Under the pieces are notes generated by a model that had not been told where the DNA came from, searched no databases, and saw only the letters and a program-made list of their open reading frames with translations. Both the position numbers and the translations under genes were made by a program. A DNA stretch of 62,848 bases, the filler included, from Sphacelaria rigidula (lineage: Eukaryota): assembly GCA_964200075.2 (NCBI GenBank). It is 10 parts of 10 records of this genome, joined end to end, with 100 filler letters (N's around TTAATTAATTAA, not from the genome) between each part and the next. Parts side by side here need not be neighbours in the genome. Positions count along the whole stretch, not along the records: positions 31,476 to 37,670 come from CAXNAA020021603.1; positions 37,771 to 43,965 come from CAXNAA020021604.1; positions 44,066 to 50,260 come from CAXNAA020021605.1; 7 more parts are not named here. One strand, 5' to 3'. This document shows positions 37,400 through 49,569 of this stretch, piece by piece; the first letter of the stretch is position 1, and the number at the start of each line of letters is the position of its first letter.

Positions 37400-37650
37400 G
37401 TGATCTTGCATGCCGAAGGTCATATGACCATTGACCTTCCATCCCTACAAAGCCGGGACGGAGCAGGCCGGGCTTTCGCCAGACCAGGCTCGCACTCAAT
37501 CACCAAGCGCGAAGCGCCGTGGTTTGCTCGGCGAGTCGCATGGAGAGTGAGCTGCATCATGCCAAGACTGTTTGACCTGAAGGGTACTGATTGTCCTTTC
37601 CATGATTGGCAGCCTTCAGTGAATTGCTTCATTTTCTGATATCGTCACTT
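37400..37650 (-). mobile_element. 3' end of LINE family A
   Basis: YQKMKQFTEGCQSWKG...; family A tail; G-run at the 5' junction (37652-37670). Confidence 0.82.
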
Positions 37651-37770
37651 AGGAGGGGGGAGGGGGGGGGNNNNNNNNNNNNNNNNNNNNNNNNNNNNNN
37701 NNNNNNNNNNNNNNTTAATTAATTAANNNNNNNNNNNNNNNNNNNNNNNNNNNNNNNNNNNNNNNNNNNN

Positions 37771-40226
37771 GATCTGACTCGAAATTTCGAGCAACAAATG
37801 GCCCAAAATACCCCCCCCCTATCGTAGGATGACTCCGTTTGCGATCATGCCGGGGACGGATGGTGTCGTTCTGTTGGGCTTACTGACGCTTCGGGGACAC
37901 GGAGTCGATTCGTATGATCGGCTGTTAGAGTCCCTAACAACGCAAATGCCGTCGCCCGGTTCGAGTGTCGAGACGCCTGATTTTTTGGCCAGTCACAGAG
38001 TGAGCTTGTCGGTTGTTGCTCTCCAGGAGGCGGGGGTGCAGGTGTTCGAGGAGCGTGATGAGGCGGTGGAACGCTTAGTAGAGCGTGGCTCCGATATGTT
38101 TATGGAGCCGGCGGAAGCGGAGTCCGCTTGAAAGGTCGCGCTGGAGGAGAGCGTGACGGATGCTGGGGCGACAGTTCTCAGCATCTCACAAGCGGAGCGC
38201 CTGCACGGCATATTGCATTGCCGCGTCAACGCGTTTCGTCGTGCGCTGCGGGGTGGTTCCCCTGCGCGCGTGAAGCCCATGCGTGTTCAGCCAAAACCTG
38301 GGGCGTCCGCGGTGAAGTTACGATCCGGTGAAGTCGAGTGGGTTGGCATTGTGCATGGCGGCTCTTTTGGCGCTCGGGTTGTTGTTACGGAATATGCAGG
38401 CGGGGTGGTGGTCAAGTCCGGATATGGCGTTCCCGAAGAAAGCTGCATCGTGGACGGAGGGTGGGCTACAGGCGTGGGCGGCAGCGAAGGATCTGATGAT
38501 TCATGCCGTGACGCTGTTCCACCCTCGTCCTGATTGTCAGGTGTCAATGTTTCCGGATGCATTTGAGTGCCAGTGGGGTAGTTTGGTCATGCAGGTGCCT
38601 ACAGTTGAAATTCAAATGCCTGTGTGCGCTGTGGCTGTGTATGGTCCGTGTGAACCTGATGACTCGATGCCGTCCAAATCTGTTGTCCGCCAAGCGCAAC
38701 GAAAAGACCTTGGGGCCGAAGATGCGGATGTGCAATCTCTCGAGTCGAACGCTGGTACTGCTATCTTGGACAAGGAAGGTCTGTTTCGTGTGCATGTGCG
38801 TGGCCGAAACGTTTAGTGGATTACGAGTTCTGACAAGCAGTTGCAGGAACGTTTGATGATTTGCGCGCACATGCGCGACGCCGGGCATCGTGGTGTAGCT
38901 GCGGCACTTGTGCGCTTGCAAGAGTTTTGTGCCTGATAGGGAACAGAAACTCATGCGCGCGAATTCGTCCGCCAGTGTCTTCAGTGTGCTGACTCTAGGG
39001 CGGGTGATGTTGTTCCCCGCCCGCTCGGTGAAACCCATCCATGGGACCACGCCGAATGAAGTCGTTCATTTTGACTTCATGTACGTGGGCGAGAGTGGCC
39101 CGCTTGCTTCCCAAGGTTTGTCGGAGGATGCTGGGTTCCGATACATTTTGGTAATCATGGATGATTTGAGCACATTTGTGGCTCTGGAACCAGTAATAGC
39201 AGTGTGTACCGCTGAATCGACTGCTGCGTCTTTGCTGAATTGGTGCAAGACTTTGGGGGTGCCCCGTGTGGGTAAGTGATACCGCCACGCATTTCAAGAA
39301 TGCGATCTTGGCCCGATTGCGAGAGGCTTTGCACGTTGATCACCAGTTTGCGGTAGCGTATTCTCCGTGGTCTAACGGTACGTGCAAACACATGGTCAAG
39401 GAAGTAGTTCGTGCTCTTCGATCTATTCTTCTCGAGCAGCGTCGAGAGGTGACCGAGTGGGGGGACGTGTTGTCCGCTGTGCAATGGGCGCTAAATACAG
39501 CATATCATCGTCGGTACGATGGTACGCCGTATCATGTGATGTTTGGTCGTGCACCTCGGAAGTCTTTCTCGGTGTCGGCGTCCTCATCGGCGGGGGAGTG
39601 GAACTGTGATGTCTTGGACGATACGCACCTGAAGCGTGCGTTGCAAGGAGTTTTGGAGTTGCAGGAAAGTTTCCACGTTCAAGGGCACGAGCGTGTTGCC
39701 GCTGAACGTGCGCGTAGACGTGAGGGGTCTTCGTCGGGGCTGAAATTGCCGAATTGTGAGGTAGACGATTATGTTTTGTATGCATACGCGTGCGTCGCCC
39801 GGGAGCTACGCCTAAATTGATGGCGACGTGGACTGGTCCGTGGAGAGTGGTGGGTGCTCACCACCCGCATGTGTTTGAGGTCCAAAACATTATTTCGAGT
39901 CGTGATCAGACCGCCCATGTAACTCGTCTGCGTTTTTATGCAGACTCACAGCTTAATGTAACGGAGACGTGAAGGATATGTTTCAGCACACTTTCAACCA
40001 GGGGCAATTTCAGATGGCTGGGATTGTTCGCCTGGCAGAGGCAGAGGATCGTTCGTTGATCGTGTTGGTCGACTAGGTTGGTTTTGAAGTCGAGGAGCGT
40101 ACGTGGGAACCTTTTGAAAATATTTTTGAGACCGCTCCGGAATTTCTCAAAAAGGAGTTGCGTAAGGTGCGAGTGACTTGTTCCATTGCTGCTCGCATTG
40201 CGTGTGAGTTTGGTATTCAGTTGTGA
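37771..40226 (+). mobile_element. Degenerate Ty3/gypsy (chromovirus-like) pol with the RT core deleted
   Basis: Integrase HHCC (CAHMRDAGHRG...CLQC), core VHFDF / VSDTATHF / SPWSNGT, GPY/F-like WTGPWRV, and chromodomain-like V*VGF...TWEP; many stops and frameshifts. Confidence 0.9.
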
Positions 40227-40419
40227 CTTGCTCAATCGTTTTGGCGTTATTTTTCTGAGTGTCAAGCTTGTTGCTCGATCCTCGTCTAACGCGCTTTTGG
40301 GGTGCTGCGACGAAATCACGCCGTCACATTGAGTATAGAGTGATGATTGGATGATGACTTGGGGTCTGTAGTGATGATATGGATGATGACAGGAACACAG
40401 GGATGATGCCTTGATGTAG

Positions 40420-40874
40420 TTTATGGAGCATGCGCCTGTGTGGCACTCCAGGATAAAAAAAGGTGTTGTGAAGGCTGACAACTAGAACCTGAGGCCAGTG
40501 GAACTAGGGAGTCCCTCAACAGCTTCAGACGCTGCAGTACTAGCAACCTGCTGGCGTCACAGACTGTTTGTAAAGGCAGTGTTGACGTTCCTGCGACCCC
40601 AGGCTGTGTAGGGATGTGGGGAGGACCACGGAATGGTTTGTACGAGGACAACGAGGGAGCGAAGGCTCTGGTCGAAAATCCCCTCAGTTCTGAAAGGGGT
40701 AAGCACATCGACGTGAGGTATCACTTTACTCAAGAGCTGGTGGGGACGGGAAAGATCAGGGTTGTGCATGTAGATTCAGGATAGCAGCATTCTGATATTT
40801 TGACGAAGCCTCTCTCGATCAACCTGTCTGCGAGATATAGACGGTTTTTGATGAACTTGGAAGGTGACAAGTAG
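40420..40874 (+). mobile_element. Ty1/copia RNase H remnant
   Basis: LYEDNEGAKALVENPLSSERGKHIDVRYHF...SDILTKPL (40638-40874). Confidence 0.92.
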
Positions 40875-41120
40875 GTACGTTTTTATGTGTACCCATGTGC
40901 TAGCTCCGGGTATTTTCAGGTTTTAGTGATTCATGTATGCGCATCTTGGGTTAAGCCATCCACGCTACTTTAAGGGGCATGCGTTTTGTAGGGCGTGTCC
41001 TGATATGACGTGTATCTGCCTCGACCGACGTCCATGGATTATCTAGATGGAGCACAGGCAGTTGAGGGAAGTTTTTTTTTCTGGATGGCCGGGTATCCCC
41101 CTGATATATTTTTATATATA

Positions 41121-41490
41121 CAAGTCGCACGGGACTCGGGGCTGCGCCCCGGTCCCGTCCGTTTTTTCCGAGGGTCTCGGTATTCTTGCCTTGCCAAGTC
41201 CTCGTGAGAATAGATCCTCTCTCGGAATGTTCATGCCCGCCGGAAACATTGCAGGACCACCGCGATCGCGCGTCCATTCGAACGGTCGCGAACGCATGTG
41301 TACCCCCGCACAAAGTAAGGTACGAATCGGCTAATCGGATCCCTAGCATCGGCATTGGCCCGAACAGTCATCTCCCGGGGCGGGTGCGGAGGTCCTTGGA
41401 CACTGACACCAGCATTGAATCTCGTGGACGCCTCGTTACAAAGTATACTTGACGCTCGTGAGTTCGAAATGTTCTATATATACTATATAT
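41121..41490 (-). mobile_element. Non-autonomous Helitron-like element
   Basis: On minus, a GC-rich 12-bp hairpin (41130-41157) lies just before a terminal CTTG, with (TA)n on both flanks; no TIR or TSD. Confidence 0.6.
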
Positions 41491-41535
41491 ATTTGAAAGA
41501 TAGCCACGACGACTGATGTACCGGTTCAGAGGGGG

Positions 41536-42980
41536 TGTCTATGTGAACGGGTACACTGAGTGAACATGCACATGTGCGGATAAATTTATGCTGACGCACG
41601 GGTACCGGTAGTCAATTGTGTGCGTGACTATAGTACCACACACGTGGACAGATAGCACCCTGTAGGACGTGCTGCACAGGGTTTTTCACGGTCTTTTGTG
41701 AGAAACCGTGCATTGCATTTGCAAATCCTAGTATCTCTACCAGCATTTTACATAGTGTTTTTGTCAAAACCCTGCAAGCAACGCTGTGGAGAGGCCCTCC
41801 AAATGTTGAAAATTCCATTTCTTTTTTTACCTCCAAATTATTTTAGAACCTGTAAATTTATTCATTTTGAATAGCTTTTTCAGGCTGTCCGAGATAAATC
41901 CTCTCTTTGCCCGATTCAAATCGGGCAAAAAGGAATTTATCTCGGACAGCGGGAAAAGCTTTTTAAAACAGATCATTTTCTTGCCCAATTTATTCGGGTA
42001 AAAAAAGGATGTATTTCGAACAACAGCAGGACCTATTCGAAATAGATCATTTTTTCACCCATCGAAATTGGAAAAAAAAATCACTTATTTCGAACAGCTT
42101 TTTCTGCTGCACAAATCCCATGCGCACTGGCAAATTTGGAATTTGAACAGCAGAAGGAGCTCAAAATAAATCTTCACTTTGCCCTCCAATTCACCCGGAA
42201 ATTGGGCAAAAATATATTGATCGCAAACAGCGTCAGCTGAGCATATCCCGCATACTGCACCGTTATCAGCGTATGGGATCCGACACGCAGAAAAAATGGT
42301 TGAAAGTTATTCATCCTCTTGCCCCTGAGTTCATGTACCAATTGGGCGAAATGATATAATTCTCAACAACTTTTGCTAAATAGAGATCCCACACACTGCT
42401 TATGAGTGCATGTCCACACGCCTGTGCTTCGAAGCGATGCTTCCGCTGCAGGCGTGGTAAAGATGCTGGAATGACGGTGTATACCATGTATACTAATCCC
42501 AAAAGCTTGTGAGAGAACCCCGCGGTTCAGTTTCTACCAACAGAAACTAAATGTTTGGGAAAAATAACTCAATCGTGCTTTTTATTTATGGAGGTTTTTG
42601 CTCGATAGTTAATAGAAGCACAAAACGTTTCCATCACCAACACACAAGGCTTAAGATCGTTAGTTCTATTCCTAGCACTGCTATTTCACGACAATTTTTT
42701 CTGCCAGTACCATGCCCATGCTGTATGGGCTATATTATATGTGTGCCATTAAGGCTGTACAGCATATCAACATCAATGAACAGTACTCGGGGTGACGAAA
42801 TCCTGTGAAGCGTACTGTGTGGCGCAAAAAAACACCCTACAGCTAAATCGAGAAACACTGCATAGTTTTCCTGAACCCTGTAGACGTGCCCCACAGGGTG
42901 CTATCTGTCTACGTGCGTATGGTCGGGCCGGCTGCGACGTTGCCGCCTGCCCTCACTCCACATCTGATCCCTCTATCATA
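41536..42980 (+). mobile_element. Copia 3' LTR (split by a TIR element), preceded by PPT
   Basis: AGAGGGGG PPT at 41528-41535, then TGT; 41536-41636 and 42920-42980 align with the LTR at 61026-61403. Confidence 0.8.
41637..42919. mobile_element. ~1.28-kb non-autonomous TIR element (CAC-type terminus) inside the copia LTR
   Basis: Perfect 17-bp core IR GACAGATAGCACCCTGT (41647-41663 / 42893-42909) within longer imperfect IRs; internal hairpin at 41884-41950; TSD unclear. Confidence 0.75.
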
Positions 42981-43603
42981 GGATGTTGATGAGCGCCGGC
43001 AAGGCAGTTTTGACCTCAAATTTCGGACAGCTCCTATTAGAGTCGGTCTGAATCAAACCAACGGATAAGGCATCTCGGGTTTTAGCAGCTGACATGTCGC
43101 AACGAGCTACATACCTTTGTTGGAAAATGTTCGTGGACGTTTTCTTGGCGCGTGGTCGCGAAGGCTGGCGCCAGTGGTAGTTAAGCCAAGCGAGCGGATA
43201 TTCAGCGCCAGGAGTGTAGACAGAAGATGGTATCATAGAGGTGCTGCTTGTGGGCAAGGCAGTCCAGAACAATCCAAGGACGAGGCTCCGAGCCCATAGG
43301 GCAACCTCTGCATTGAAGTAAACAAAACGCATTGAACTAAATTGCGTAAGTAGCCAGTCATTTTCTTGATTACCAACTGCTCCGTGACGGATCTATTTGT
43401 TGCATCGACCGTTCCACAATTGCCCTCACATTAGCCTAGATTACTCACATAAGTACCCGTTCCACAAACTGCAGATCCCGCTACGCTCCGGTCTTCCACT
43501 AGGGTGTTTGCGAAGACTAAAATCGGGTCCGGTCTTGAAGTCCAGAGCAAGACCGGAATGACACCCGATTTCGGTTCGACAACTAGATTTTCAAGACCCC
43601 ACC

Positions 43604-43893
43604 GAGAGGGCTTAGAAGACAAACGGATCCTAGGCGCCTATGGACGTGATGAGCTGAACGATAACGGCAAACTTCTGCTTACTTTCGCAACCGACAACAA
43701 ACTAGCCATCACGAACACCTTCGCGTAAAGGCGGAATCTCGCACACATACAACGGTGTTGTGGGGAATCGCACGAGCGACTCCAAGCGCATAGACTACAT
43801 CCTTATCCGGCAGGCACACCGAGGTAAAGTGCGCAGCGTAGTCGTACACCCCCAACCCGCACCCCCGGCTAAAGCGGACTCGGACCACAACAT
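43604..43893 (+). mobile_element. RTE LINE endonuclease fragment
   Basis: LGAYGRDELNDNGKLL...RIDYIL...ADSDHN, homologous to 21260-21555. Confidence 0.92.
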
Positions 43894-44065
43894 AACAGCC
43901 GATTTTATATTTTGGGGTTCAAACAAAATATGGGGCTGAAGTGGCATATCTGTCTTGCACGAAAGNNNNNNNNNNNNNNNNNNNNNNNNNNNNNNNNNNN
44001 NNNNNNNNNTTAATTAATTAANNNNNNNNNNNNNNNNNNNNNNNNNNNNNNNNNNNNNNNNNNNN

Positions 44066-44125
44066 CGAGACGGAGCACCGTTCCTACTCCTAATAGAGAC
44101 ACCTCCAACATGCTGGCGCTCATTA
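44066..44125 (-). mobile_element. Short LINE family B 3' fragment
   Basis: Reverse complement reads GTTGGAGGTGTCTCTATTAGGAGTAGGAACGGTGCTCCGTCTCG. Confidence 0.8.
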
Positions 44126-45752
44126 CTGACTGACTGAGGGGGGGGGTAGAGTCAACCCCTCCTGCGGCCGGGGGTGGGGGCGGATTTGCGCCTTGTATCA
44201 CTTGTCTCTTGCGCGCGTTGGGTACCCGAGCCAACAATCTTCACAGCAGATTCATTCTCAGGTCCCCGGACCCTTCATCCTGGAACCTCACGAGTGTTTC
44301 ATCCTCCATCAATCAAGATATATTTGTTGCGAGCTACGGGGCATTCTTAATTTACGCGGAAATGAGGGCCGGAATTCAAAATCGGAACCTGCTGTTCAGC
44401 ACGCTTTCAGACTGGGTCCTAACTCATTGTCATCAACGCATACCGCTCATGAGTACAAGATACCTGTGGCAACTCTGTTGTACACGGTAGTATCCACAAC
44501 GATTTGAGATTGGGGAAGCGAAAAATAGGTGGCACGTACCTGACTCACCTCAACAACGAGGACACGGAGTTAATGTTCGAGGAGCTCAGCAAAAAGGTGC
44601 ACTTACGTACGTGCCTGCCTTCATTTGAAATACAAAATGTGTACGTATGTGCGTTTTCTATGTTAGTTTTGTTTCTCGTCTCTTGTCGGGAAAATATTGA
44701 GAATCCATCTCAAGCTAGGCAGGCGAAACTACGACAACTTAATTTGGGCTTCAGAGATTGTTGTTGGGTCTGGCATCGGAACCAAGCACTGAAAATTATC
44801 GGATAGGTTTTTGTGTTGTTCATTTCTCCTTCATCTTTTTAGTCACTCCTCCACTTCATCGGAGTAACCTTCCTCATGATAGCTGTCGGCATCGCGTCGT
44901 ACCTCAAACAGCCAATGTTGGGGTAACCTTGACTTCATGACAATGCGAACGCCCTACACATCGGAAAGCCATGGTTAGGGGGACATTCCCCCCCTCAAAG
45001 TCGAGCTGACCTCAAGGTCTCATCATTGGCCCTCTTCGACACTATTCGATACTCTTCTGAAACTCCCGTCAGTTTGACCCTAAACTTGAAGATTGGGTAT
45101 GGTCAACCATTCAGGAGACAGTAGGTAAACTGAGGCCTACTCTCTTATAAAAGACGTGAGCGTCAGCTTGTATTCCCCTCAAATTCAGCTAAAATGATCT
45201 CCTGAGGACTCTTCTCACGTCGCGGGCATTTTCGATGGTTTCCCAGCAACCATGCGACAAGATTCACGTGGTCACGCAGCTGTTCAGGTGCACCGGAAGT
45301 AAAAGTGCTCATGTTGTACATCAAGAGGAAGTTTATCAGCCCCAATTCGTCATATGGACTTCGACACACAAGCAAATGTAAAAAAAGGGAATCAATGGCC
45401 ACATTATACCACATGGTAGACAGCACAACTGACGCAAACGCAAAAGGGCAAACACGTCCGCACATTCCACCCATCAGTTACATACTGTCAGTAACCCCCA
45501 CCAAATGAACGCAGACACAAGCCAGTCCAAAATCAAGCCGCACGTACCGTAACCTGCCAAAACACGGCGGTGGCGCTCGACCTAAATCCGGAAACAAAAA
45601 TTCTTGGCTCAGTCTACATCCTTCGCGTCCCTTGTTACATTTCGACTCGTTTACACGTTTGCCCCCGTAGCAATGATTCTCGCCCCCACCATACACTATT
45701 CCCCGCCAGCGAACACCCCACAACGCTTCTCAAGACTGGATATAAACTCGGC

Positions 45753-46079
45753 CTATCCCCGTGCTTTGTACTGGCTCAAGTCCAACTTCCTAGTAGACGC
45801 CCGTGTCGCACCAGCTTGCCCTCGGCTAGCGCCGCCACCCGCAACACCCGCCCTCTGCCCAATCATCGCCGTGCGCACGGCTCCTTCTAGTGCATGGCGC
45901 TCACTGGCCCCCACATAGGCCACAGCTTCCTTGAAAGCGGCTGCCGACGACCGGGCAGCGTGCAGTAGGGCTTGGCCGATAGTATCGCATAACGCGGGAA
46001 GGTTTTGCAGGCCGAGAATCGATGCATAGAGAGGTAGAAGCAGGCCGAGCAGCGCGCTGTGGCTTGACTGTGGTGCCGT
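45753..46079 (-). CDS. HEATR5: HEATR5/SWEETIE/Laa1 homologue, last exon (absent from the ORF track)
   Basis: TTAG| acceptor, phase 0, 109 codons to TAG: SALLGLLLPLYASIL...IGQALLHAARSSAAAFKEAVAYVGASERHALEGAVRTA...KLDLSQYK, matching the HEATR5 C-terminal pattern LLALLVP...AFK...LExAVRA. Confidence 0.8.
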   Translation of the reverse strand, partial: TAPQSSHSALLGLLLPLYASILGLQNLPALCDTIGQALLHAARSSAAAFKEAVAYVGASERHALEGAVRTAMIGQRAGVAGGGASRGQAGATRASTRKLDLSQYKARG

Positions 46080-46576
46080 CTAATATTTGCCACACATAGT
46101 CGTTCATGTTGTTCAGTCGTCCATGACAACACAGGGATGCCATGGGGATTAACACATCGAAACGTACGGAAACAAACGATATCAGGGGACTGTCAGCGGG
46201 AGTAGGTGAAGGGAAAAAATGCAGCGTGCGGGGGTGAGCAACGCATCAAGAGCCAAAAGTTTTCCCTCGACAAACATCGATCGCACTAGCTGCCAGAAAA
46301 CAAGGGTTTGCTTATCGCGACCTGACCCGAGGACGAGACGCACGCAACGGTATCGCTCAGCCTCTCATCACTTGTACCAGAGGACTATATACAAGAGACA
46401 TTAAGGATGCAGATACCCTCGAGATACTGCTCCCCTTTCGATCGTACCTGAACGAATGAAAGAGCGTCCATACCTCATCTGACCTGACTCTTTCGCACTG
46501 ACGTTCCTATCCCAACTCGATGTAGCCGCTCCGACACTAAAAAAATCAAAACCACCAACCCGATGCTGAATCTCAC

Positions 46577-48705
46577 CTTCAAAGCGAGCTGCCCGATGTG
46601 CACCCCTTCCAGCAAACACGCCTCATGCGGCTCCCCCTCCCTCATGCCCGCCTCACCCACCCCAACCGCCGTCGCCGCACGAGCTACCTCAATCCTCAAC
46701 CCCGCCAACGCATACGGCACCAGCAACCTCAACAGGCTAGCTGCTGCTGACGGGTCTCTACTTTCTGCTTCGCCCCGCATCTGTCCTGTAGAGCTTTTCT
46801 CTTCCTGCGCTGCCTTTACAGTGACACCAACTCCGCGAAATAGAGCCAAGCGTGCGGCAACCGAGCAGTCGTCAGCAGGCGCGGAGAGCGCTGATTGTAG
46901 TGTTGATGCAAGAGAGGGAGCTGCCGAGGGCACCGCTAGTGCTACGGCACCCCACGCTTCTGTGGCAGCTCCAATAGCTTCGGCACTGCCGTGTCGCCCG
47001 CCACAAATACCACCTTCCTGCTCCGAGGATACTGCTCTCCTTGTATTCAGATGGTATTTTAGAAGCTTATTCAACGTGTTGCCCATACCTTGAACCAACG
47101 TCGATGCGTTAGGAACAGGTGGGGGCAGCTTCTGTACGGCGCCGGCTGCGACCGCTGCACACGATCCGTCGTCTGCATTGTCTGCCACGATTCCGTTTCG
47201 GAGACTCGTTTCATGTTCCTTATTTGCCGGCGATGCGGCGGTGACCTCCGATCGCACAGATACTGAGGCAGTTGCGACGGCGAGCGTTGGAACACGATTA
47301 CTGGAGGACTTTTGTTCATCGTTTTCAGTGTTGCTTTGAGCAGGAGCAACGTCGCCTTCTTCTGACTGTTTGCCGACTTCATCAGCAGCCGAAGGTACGA
47401 CGACGTCACTGCTTGTAGCAGTGGGGTCCTCCTCACCCCCGTCCGTGGATATTCCTTTGCCACCCGGACCGGCATCGCCGTCGGCCGCCACGTCGGGCAA
47501 TGCATCCGCTCCTTGATCTTCATCCCCAGCCTCCTCGACCACCGCATCTTCTCCATGACTGGTGTCTCCTTCCCTCTTGGAGTCAACCACGTTTTCGATC
47601 TCAGGTGGAATTACACCCGCTTGGTCACCTTGCGCCTCTTTATCGTCAGGAGAATCAGCAGCAGCAGTTGTATCACGACGGTCACCGCTGTCCCCTGGCG
47701 ACGATTCTCCAAGTACCTCCGTTACCTGCCCGGTTACAACGGCGGAGTCAGCAGAGCCATTCTCACCTGTATCGTCCACGCCAGCACCGTCCAGCGTGTT
47801 GGGAGGGACGTCGTCTGCCCCCTGGAAATCTTCATCCCCCCAGTCATCGTCATCATCTCCATCTCCATTATCGACACCATCGACACCGGTGCTTGCAACA
47901 GGTTCACTTGGGATGGTTGGATCACATTTAACATTATCATCTTCTGGTGCTGCTGAGATCCCATCAGCATGCGGCCGGTTTCTACGACCCACAGCACCAG
48001 CACTGTCCCCCGTGCAATCGATCTGGAGAGCGCCCATTCCTTGAGCAGCAGTCTCTTCGACCGCGCTAACAGCCGCAGCTCGCCCGGTGTCCCGATGCCG
48101 CCACACCTCTGTAACACACGAGCGCACAAATTCCACGGCCGCACAAGCCTCCGGAGTGGTAGTGGAAACCCCTACTTCAGTTTCAACCTCAGCCCCTCCA
48201 GCACCCGCATTCCTACGCCACCCTGTACCAGTCCGCCATGCCTTATGGTGAGGATTACTGATAGATCCCAAAACCACTCCGTTTTCAGTAGCCTTGAGCA
48301 TTGATGCAGCACCGAGCACCCTCGCGGAGAGCAGCAGGAGGGCCGGCAGAGCAGTTGGTCGCTCCGGGGGTGGACACAGCGGTGGGAGCTTGGACAAAAG
48401 CGGGAGGAGACTGGTGAGGGTTGCGGCTGCCACATGGGGGTCTTGCTCGAGGTCGGGTTCTTGTACCTTTCTTTGTCGTTCTTGTTGTCGGCAACGTTGT
48501 TGGACAATTATCATGGCTTTTGCGGCTAGCACGGCGGCCGAGTTATTGGAGACATTTTTGCCCGTCTCATCTTCCGCCGCCATCGGCAATTTTTCATCTT
48601 CGTCGGCGTTGCCAGCCTCCCCGAATGGTTCGAAAGCGGCCGGTAGTACGGCCCGAACTGCGCTCATCACGGCAGCCATCAAGGCATCCCATAGGGCCAG
48701 TGGTC
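46577..48705 (-). CDS. HEATR5: HEATR5-like gene, 2129-nt exon with a long acidic disordered insert
   Basis: TGCAG| acceptor (phase 1) and AAG|GTGAGA donor (phase 0); open frame throughout; helical HEAT-like segments flank the insert; ends CLLEGVHIGQLALK. Confidence 0.8.
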
Positions 48706-49105
48706 CTGCACAGGGTGGGGATCAGGGTAATGATATTCAACCCTCTTGCATATTTTGACAAAACCGTCCTCGAACCGGGAAGCGGCCTTTTGGGCACAAC
48801 ACTGAAATTACGGTATCTAGTTTCTGTCGCTGTACTGTCATGCACTGTGACTCGTTCATCTCGAGTATTGAGGATTGAGCAAGTGAAGCATACATCACTT
48901 CCGATGCTGGTGGACAAGCCACCGGAGTAAAACTTCATCAAGAGTGACAGAATGGCCCACAAAGCAACATGCATGCTATGTGAGATGAGGATAGCCTTCT
49001 GGACGGATTTTTTTCGTCATTCAAGGCTGCCATACGTAAACGGAACCAGGTCGACAAAACAAAAAGGAATATAACGCGAAACACGAGAAACAAACAAATA
49101 CCCAC

Positions 49106-49569
49106 CGTCATCGTTCTCCTCCTCCACCGATGTCTCCCCTTCAACGTCGTGCCGCCGCCCTGATATTTCTACCCCGCTACACGACGTCGCCGCAGAGACA
49201 TATTTAGCACCATCCCCAGACAAGAGCACTCGCAGAACAGAAATCGCACATAGTTGAAGACGCAGGGGGCAACGAACTTTGCCACCACCGCCACGACGCC
49301 CTTTGTGCGCGGTGTCGGCGAGGTCTGCCTTGTCCGGGGCAGCCGCGGCCGTGCAGAGGAAAGGCGGTGCAGACAGGATCTGAATGGCCCTGACCACCAT
49401 CGTGACGGGTGTATTGTCGTGCAACTTGTTTGGTTGCTGTTGTTCAAGAGCTTCCAAGGCAGCACTTTCGCTGTTGACTTTGCCGTCTTCATCGGGTGCT
49501 GCTTCGAGCTGTTGTGGTGTGGAGATGACGGAGGGGTCTCCCAGGAGCTGGGGGCGTGCTAGCAAGCAC
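49106..49569 (-). CDS. HEATR5: HEATR5-like gene, upstream internal exon
   Basis: CACAG| acceptor and G|GTGGGT donor; phase 1 matches the next exon; HEAT-like helices (VVRAIQILS, LQLCAISVLRVLL). Confidence 0.72.
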
